NCBI GenBank assembly: GCA_044223005.1
Contig: JBGAML010000001.1
Span: forward strand, 32,001-96,000
Origin: Candidatus Eiseniibacteriota bacterium
GTDB taxonomy: Bacteria; Eisenbacteria; RBG-16-71-46
Reading direction: 5' to 3'
DNA length: 64,000 nucleotides
Part shown: positions 58,158 to 64,000 of the stretch, piece after piece
Numbering within the stretch: position 1 is the stretch's first letter
Layout: every line of letters begins with the position of its first letter
The notes under the pieces: model-generated
The model's database searches: none
Told to the model about the DNA's origin: nothing
What the model saw: the letters and a program-made list of their open reading frames with translations, nothing else
Translations under genes and position numbers: made by a program

Positions 58158-59858
58158 TCAGGGCGCGCCGGGCGCCGCTCCGGCCGCCCGCAGGCGGGCG
58201 CGCAGCAGGTCGATGTACGACTGCACCGAATCCGCGGTGTCCTTCTGGCGCGGGCTGAGTCCGCCGCGGGCGCGCACCCCGTCGAGCATGCGCTGCGACG
58301 CGTCGGGATCGCCGGCGTAGAGCCAGGCGCGCGCGCCGTGCAGCCCGCGCGCGGGCGTCGGCAGGTGATTCCAGCTGCGCTCGAGCCAGCGCGCACCGTC
58401 CTCCATGCGGAGCTCTTCGACCGCGCGATCGCCGAGCAGCAGCTCGACCCCCGCCGCGGCGCGCGCACCGACGTGCGGCGTGTCGTCGAGGAGCGCCTGC
58501 ACGCGCGCGAGCCCGGCGCGCACGTCGGCGTTCACCGCCAGCCAGCCGCCCGCGACCAGCACCAGCACGGGCAGCGCGAACACCAGCGTGCCGCGCCGGC
58601 GCTCCGGTGCGGCGCTCGCGAGTACGAGCCCGGCCGCGATCGTGAGGGTGAGCCCGAGCAGTGCCGCGAGATCCCAGTCGCGCGGCAGCGCCAGGCCGCT
58701 CTCGAGGTACGGCATCGGGAACGCGCTCGGGAGCAGCACGAGCACGCCGGCGCCGAGGCACCACGCGCGCGGATCACGCGCGGCGCGCGCGGCGGCGGCG
58801 CGTCCGGCGAGCAGCGGCGCGAGCACCGCGAGCGGCGCGAGCACCACGAGCAGGTTCACGAGATCGGTCGGCACGAGCGGCAGCGTGTCCGGATCGGGCG
58901 GACGGACGAGCTCGGCGAGGTCGCTCCCGATCCGCCCGGCCGGCAGGTGCGGCAGCGCCACGTAGGCGGCGACGCCCGCGACCAGCGTCGCCCCGAGCGC
59001 GACGCGCCGCGCCCGCGGATCGTCGCCCGCGTGCGGCGGGCCGAGCACGCGTACGAGCTGCGGCAGCAGCAGCGGCATCGCGATCCGGTGCGCGAGGAAC
59101 ACGCCGACCCACGCGAGCGCGAGCAACACCGCGTCGCGCGATCGCCGCAGCGGCGCGAGCATGGCGACCCACCACCACGCCGCGGTCAACAGCAGCACGC
59201 CGGCGGACTCCACGTAACCGGCGAACGCCGCGAGGCCGCCGGTGAGTACGAGCGCCAGCCACGCCCCGGGCTCGGCGCCGGGCGGCGAGCCGAGCCGGCG
59301 CGCGATGCGCCCCATCGCCGCGAGGAAGAGCGCGAGCATCGGCGCCGCGACCAGGGCGATGCCGAGATCGCGGTGGCCCGTCACGCGCGTGCACCACGCG
59401 GGCAGCACGAGCCCGGTCGCGAGATCGAAGGGCTGCATGTGCAGCGCGCGCGCCCACTCCCCGATCGTGCGCGGGTCGGTGCGCCGGGCGAAGTTCCAGA
59501 TCGAGCCCCAGCGCGTCTCGCTGTCGCCGAGCGCGTGCAGCGTGTCCCGGAAGGGCCCGACCGCGGCGAGCACGATCGCGGCCCCGGCCAGCCACGGCGT
59601 CGCGCGCAGCGGCCGGCGAGCGAGCGGCAGGAACACGGACGCCAGCGCCAGGACGGCGAGCGCCGCCGCGATCCCGGGGCCGATCGACCGCAACGCGTTC
59701 ACGCCCCACGCCACGTTGCGGGCCGGCGGCGCCACCGCGAGCAGCAGGATCCACGCGGCGACGGCGACGATCGCGCCGCGCGCGGGCCACGCCACGGCGC
59801 CGGGCACGGCGGCCGGGCGCGACGGGTTTCGTCGAGGCTGGGAATCGCGTCGGGTCAA
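58158..59858 (-). CDS. Polytopic membrane protein with short C-terminal TPR-like region (GT-C-like, uncertain)
   Basis: About 10-12 hydrophobic segments, H.LGD, F.GYVES and RDWDL motifs; start uncertain (TTG with GGAG RBS chosen). Confidence 0.6.
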   Translation of the reverse strand: MTRRDSQPRRNPSRPAAVPGAVAWPARGAIVAVAAWILLLAVAPPARNVAWGVNALRSIGPGIAAALAVLALASVFLPLARRPLRATPWLAGAAIVLAAVGPFRDTLHALGDSETRWGSIWNFARRTDPRTIGEWARALHMQPFDLATGLVLPAWCTRVTGHRDLGIALVAAPMLALFLAAMGRIARRLGSPPGAEPGAWLALVLTGGLAAFAGYVESAGVLLLTAAWWWVAMLAPLRRSRDAVLLALAWVGVFLAHRIAMPLLLPQLVRVLGPPHAGDDPRARRVALGATLVAGVAAYVALPHLPAGRIGSDLAELVRPPDPDTLPLVPTDLVNLLVVLAPLAVLAPLLAGRAAAARAARDPRAWCLGAGVLVLLPSAFPMPYLESGLALPRDWDLAALLGLTLTIAAGLVLASAAPERRRGTLVFALPVLVLVAGGWLAVNADVRAGLARVQALLDDTPHVGARAAAGVELLLGDRAVEELRMEDGARWLERSWNHLPTPARGLHGARAWLYAGDPDASQRMLDGVRARGGLSPRQKDTADSVQSYIDLLRARLRAAGAAPGAP

Positions 59859-60049
59859 GGGGGTCTCCGGGACGAGCGGCGAAAAGTCTACCGGCGCACG
59901 GCGCCGCATGGGACGGAAATCGACGGCGCGGGCTTGGCGATCGCCACCGCCGGATGGCACGATGGCGCCGCGGTGGCCGCCGGCGCGTGCGGCCTCGCCC
60001 GTGGCCGCACGATCGGCCGCCGCGGCGACCGGTCGCGCGGAGGACGCAC

Positions 60050-61000
60050 GTGTCGCGTTGCTGGGTCGTCGAGAACGGTGCCGCCGTCGAGAAGGACGCC
60101 GCCACGGCGGTCGCCGCCGCCGCCGCCGGGGCGCTCGCGTGGATCGACCTCGACGGCATGGAGCAGGCGGCCGTCACCTCGCTGCTGGCGCCGCTCGCCG
60201 TCCATCCGCTCGTGATCGACGACATGGTCAACGAGGTCAACCGCCCCAAGGTCGACAACTACGGGGACTACCTCTACGTGGTGCTCCACTCCGCCCGCTG
60301 GGACGAGGAGCGGCCCACGCTGCGCGAGCTGGATTTCGTGATCGGCCCCACGTGGCTGGTCACGTACCACGAAGCCACGACCCGCTCGATCGAGACGGCG
60401 CACGCCACCCTCGCCCGGCGGCCGCAGTTGCTGTCGGCGGGACCCGCGGAGCTGCTGCACTTCGTGCTCGACGTCCTCGTCGATCACTACCTGCCGATCA
60501 TGGAGAAGGTGGCGGGCGAGATCGACGAGCTCGAGGACGCGGTGTTCGACTCCCGCCACGCGCCGGACCACGCGCGCATCATCCGGCTCAAGCGTGGCAT
60601 GTCCGCGCTCCGGCGGGTGGTCGGCCCGCAGCGCGACACGCTGCTCGCGCTCACGCGCGACGAGTTCAAGCCGATCCCACGCGCCATGCGCCCGTACCTG
60701 CGCGACGTCTACGACCGGCTGGCGCGCGTGCACGACCTGCTCGACTCGTACCGCGACGAGATCACCACGGTGCTCGAACTGCACGTCACCATGGTGTCGA
60801 ACCGGCTCAACCAGGTGATCAAGCGGCTGACGGTGATCGCGACGATCGGGTTGCCGCTCACCGTGGTGGCCAGCTACTTCGGGATGAACTTCGACTTCCC
60901 GGAGTACAAGCTGCCGCATCCGCACCTGTTCGCGCTCGGCGTGCTCCTCGCGAGCGGGCTCGTGACCTGGTTCGTGCTCAAGCTGCGCCGCTGGGACTGA
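60050..61000 (+). CDS. corA: Magnesium/cobalt transporter CorA
   Basis: WIDL, HPL.IDD, RPKVD, YLRDVYD, N...K.LT, YFGMNF. Confidence 0.93.
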   Translation: MSRCWVVENGAAVEKDAATAVAAAAAGALAWIDLDGMEQAAVTSLLAPLAVHPLVIDDMVNEVNRPKVDNYGDYLYVVLHSARWDEERPTLRELDFVIGPTWLVTYHEATTRSIETAHATLARRPQLLSAGPAELLHFVLDVLVDHYLPIMEKVAGEIDELEDAVFDSRHAPDHARIIRLKRGMSALRRVVGPQRDTLLALTRDEFKPIPRAMRPYLRDVYDRLARVHDLLDSYRDEITTVLELHVTMVSNRLNQVIKRLTVIATIGLPLTVVASYFGMNFDFPEYKLPHPHLFALGVLLASGLVTWFVLKLRRWD

Positions 61001-61019
61001 GCTCCGCGCGGCGCGCGCG

Positions 61020-62111
61020 TCAGTGCAGGCGCTTGCGCCGGTTGCGGACGAAGTCGCGGAACACGTACGAGCCGAGATTGTTCGGGTCGGTCTCGTAGAT
61101 GCGGCCGTGGTTCAGCTCGGTGAGCTTGCGCACGAAGTCGAGCAGTACCGCGTCGGCCGCCAGCATGAAGGTCGTGATCGCGATGCGCTTCCGGCGGCAG
61201 TAGGACGCCTCTTCGAGCGTCTTGTTCACGATCTTGGGGTCGAGCCCGAACGGGTTCTTGTAGAGCCGGCCCAGCTCGCGGATGCAGCTCGGCTTGCCGT
61301 CCGTGATCATGAAGATCTGCTTGTTGACGCCCTTGCGCCCCTCGAGGATGCGCCGCGCCATCTGCAGGCCGGCGCGGGTGTTCGTGTGGTACGGGCCCGC
61401 CTGGATGCCCATCAGGTGCTTGAGCGGCACCTGGACGGCGTCGTCCCCGAACAGCACCACGTCCAGCGTGTCCTTCGGGTAGCGCGTCTGGATCAGCTGC
61501 GTGAGCGCGAGTGCGATCTTCTTGGCGGGCGTGATGCGATCCTCGCCGTAGAGGATCATCGAGTGGCTGATGTCCACCATCAGCACCGTCGCGCAGGCGG
61601 AGGCGTGCTCCAGCTCGTGGACCTCGAGGTCGTCCTCGGACAGCACGAGGTCGTCGATGCCCTGGCGCTTGACCGCGTTGCTCACGGAGCCGAGCGGATC
61701 GAGATTCGCGAGGTCGTCGCCGAACTGCCACGCCCGCGTCTCGCTCAGCCGCTCGCCGCCGCGTCCCGCCGCGGGCGTGCGGTGATCACCCGCGCCGTCG
61801 GCGGCGAGATTGCCGAAGATCTCGTTGAGCGAATCCTGGCGGATGCGCTTCTCGCCGCGCGGGGTCATCGCGAAGCCCTGGCCGGTGCGCTGGGCCTCCC
61901 CCGTCTCTTCGAGCAGGCGCTTGAAGTCCTCGATCGTGAAGCCTTCGCCGAGGAAGCCGTACTCGCGGCCGAAGTGCTCCATCCACTTGAGCGCCTCGTC
62001 CACGTCGCCGCCGGTCTGCAGGAGCAGGTTGCGGTAGATGTCCATCAGCTGCCGCATCCGCTCGAGATCGCCCGGCCGCGGGCCGTCCCATTTCCGGTAG
62101 TCGAACCGCAT
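61020..62111 (-). CDS. vWA domain-containing protein
   Basis: MIDAS DISHS, TN, MITDGKP; downstream of the AAA ATPase. Confidence 0.9.
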   Translation of the reverse strand: MRFDYRKWDGPRPGDLERMRQLMDIYRNLLLQTGGDVDEALKWMEHFGREYGFLGEGFTIEDFKRLLEETGEAQRTGQGFAMTPRGEKRIRQDSLNEIFGNLAADGAGDHRTPAAGRGGERLSETRAWQFGDDLANLDPLGSVSNAVKRQGIDDLVLSEDDLEVHELEHASACATVLMVDISHSMILYGEDRITPAKKIALALTQLIQTRYPKDTLDVVLFGDDAVQVPLKHLMGIQAGPYHTNTRAGLQMARRILEGRKGVNKQIFMITDGKPSCIRELGRLYKNPFGLDPKIVNKTLEEASYCRRKRIAITTFMLAADAVLLDFVRKLTELNHGRIYETDPNNLGSYVFRDFVRNRRKRLH

Positions 62112-62126
62112 CGCCGCCGTCCCGCC

Positions 62127-63641
62127 TCAGTCCTCGCCGAGCCCGCTCAGCATGCTCTTCAGCATGTCCTTGTACTCGGTGCCGGCGCCGTCGGTGCGCT
62201 CGCGCGAGAGCATCGAGCTCTGGTGCAGGCCCTCGAGCACGAGCTCCATGGCGACGGCGTGTTCGTCGGCATCCTTCGGCTCGAGGTAGCGCGCGGCGAG
62301 AGCGCCGAGCCCCTTCACGCGCGACAGCACGAGCGCGTACTCCTTCGCGGGCAGGTCGTCGCCCAGCGTCACGTGCTCGCCGCCCGAGAACCACTCGAGC
62401 ACCGGGCGGTATTCCGACGCCGCCTGCGGCTCGTCGTCCGGCGGCGCCGACGACGCGCCACCGCGGCCACGGGTGCGGCGCGGCTTGAACGCGTCGGGGA
62501 ACCGCTGCTGGAAGACCGCCTTCACGCCGCGGCCGAGCAGCGCGCGCGCGACGTTGAGCGCTCCTTCCTGCTCGCCCTCGAGCACGAGCTCGACCTTGCC
62601 GCTGACCGCGGACACCGCGTGCTGCAGGTCGCAGACGCGCGTGATCACGCGCGTTTCGCCGGTGACGAGCCCGCGGCGCTCGGCGTTGCTGACCAGGTTC
62701 TCGAGCAGCGCGATCGGCAGGCGCGCCGAGACGCCGGAGTTCTGGTCCACGTACTCGCTCTTGCGCGCCTGGATCGCGACTTCCTCGACGAGTTCGCGCA
62801 TGAACGCTGGCACCACGACCTCGACGCCCGAGCGCCGCTCGGTCCACGCCTCCTGCGCCGTGATCGCGACGCCCTGCTCGCGCGTCTGCGGGTAGTGCGT
62901 GACGATCTGGGAATTGATGCGGTCGCGCAGCGGCGTGATGATGTTGCCGCGGTTCGTGTAGTCCTCGGGATTGGCCGAGAACACCATCGCGACGTCGAGC
63001 GGGATGCGCACGGGGAATCCGCGGATCTGGAAATCCTTCTCCTCGAGGATGTTCAGCAGGCCCACCTGGATGCGCGGCTGCAGGTCCGGCAGCTCGTTGA
63101 TCGCGAAGATGCCGCGGTTCGAGCGCGGGATGATGCCGTAGTGGATGACGCGCTCGTCGGAGTAGTCGAGCTTGAGCGTCGCCGCCTTGATCGGGTCGAT
63201 GTCGCCGATCAGGTCCGCGATCGTCACGTCCGGCGTCGCCAGCTTCTCCTGGTAACGGTGCTCGCGATGCAGCCACGTGATCGGCGTCGCGTCGCCGTGC
63301 ACCTCGAGCTGCTGGCGCGCGAAGTGGGTCAGTGGATGGAACGGGTCGCTGTGGAGCGGACAGCCCTCCACTTCGGGCACCCACTCGTCGAGGAATCGCG
63401 GCAGCGAGCGCAGCAGGCGCGTCTTCGCCTGCCCGCGCAGCCCGAGCAGGATGAAATCGTGGCGCGAGAGCAGCGCGTTCACGATCTGCGGCTCGACGGT
63501 GCGCTCGTAGCCCATGACGCCGGGGAACAACGGGCCGCCTTCGCGGAGGCGCGCGATCATGTTCTCGCGCAGCTCGTCCTTGACGGAGCGGGAGCGGTAG
63601 CCGGACGCCTTCAGTTCGCCAAAGGTGCGAGGACGGGACAT
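62127..63641 (-). CDS. Mg-chelatase/MoxR-like AAA+ ATPase
   Basis: GLRGQAKT, EKLATPD, INELPDL, ANPEDYTNRG.IITPL.DR. Confidence 0.9.
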   Translation of the reverse strand: MSRPRTFGELKASGYRSRSVKDELRENMIARLREGGPLFPGVMGYERTVEPQIVNALLSRHDFILLGLRGQAKTRLLRSLPRFLDEWVPEVEGCPLHSDPFHPLTHFARQQLEVHGDATPITWLHREHRYQEKLATPDVTIADLIGDIDPIKAATLKLDYSDERVIHYGIIPRSNRGIFAINELPDLQPRIQVGLLNILEEKDFQIRGFPVRIPLDVAMVFSANPEDYTNRGNIITPLRDRINSQIVTHYPQTREQGVAITAQEAWTERRSGVEVVVPAFMRELVEEVAIQARKSEYVDQNSGVSARLPIALLENLVSNAERRGLVTGETRVITRVCDLQHAVSAVSGKVELVLEGEQEGALNVARALLGRGVKAVFQQRFPDAFKPRRTRGRGGASSAPPDDEPQAASEYRPVLEWFSGGEHVTLGDDLPAKEYALVLSRVKGLGALAARYLEPKDADEHAVAMELVLEGLHQSSMLSRERTDGAGTEYKDMLKSMLSGLGED

Positions 63642-63832
63642 GCGGTTCTCCGGTACGGGAATCGGGGGACGCGCGGCGCGCGAGAGGTTACGGCGCGCGG
63701 CGCCGGTGATCCACGCCCGGTTCGATGCGCCAAACCGCCCGGAGCTTCGCGGCCCGCCCGTCCGCCCGAACGTATCGCGGGCGGGCCCGTGAAGGCCCGC
63801 CCGCGCGGCGGATCCGGCTGGGCTCGGGGGAG

Positions 63833-64000
63833 TTACCAGCCCGCCTTGCCGCCGACGCCGTAACGCGAGAAGTGCTGGAGCTTGCCGTGGACGGTGTGGG
63901 TCCCGGCGTCGATCGTGCACGGCATCTCGGTCCAGGCCTTGGTGGCGGGGTTCCACCAGAGGAGCACGGGCCTGGTGCCGGGCACGTAGTCCTTGGACGA
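63833..64000 (-). CDS. 3' end of a hypothetical (ZU5-like) protein, truncated by window edge
   Basis: Open frame SSKDYVPGTRPVLLWWNPATKAW...KLQHFSRYGVGGKAGW*; W.P...W and HFS.Y motifs. Confidence 0.65.
   Translation of the reverse strand, partial: SSKDYVPGTRPVLLWWNPATKAWTEMPCTIDAGTHTVHGKLQHFSRYGVGGKAGW

Overview
Very GC-rich bacterial chromosomal window. Several secreted proteins end in an FlgD-Ig/'PNP' sorting-like domain, which suggests a Candidatus Eisenbacteria/FCB-related organism (inference). About 45 CDS; no rRNA, tRNA, CRISPR array or transposase was recognised. Main content: (i) an ~11 kb respiratory cluster with a Rieske protein, a cytochrome b that appears to have lost both heme bH ligands, and four multiheme cytochromes carrying about 59 heme-binding motifs, two of them CbcL-like cytochrome c/b fusions; (ii) a split reductive pyrimidine catabolism set (hydA-preT-preA, class III aminotransferase, mmsA, NCS1 permease), in which the mmsA and hydA leaders share a near-identical 30-nt structured motif with a PyrR-like CNGNGA hexaloop; (iii) a Trp-Trp-Trp leader-peptide attenuator in front of a stand-alone trpB2; (iv) an ~470 bp nested-palindrome element next to a 22-bp tandem array; (v) peptide uptake, housekeeping and secreted beta-propeller genes. 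All calls come from reading the sequence and motifs by eye; no database searches were run.
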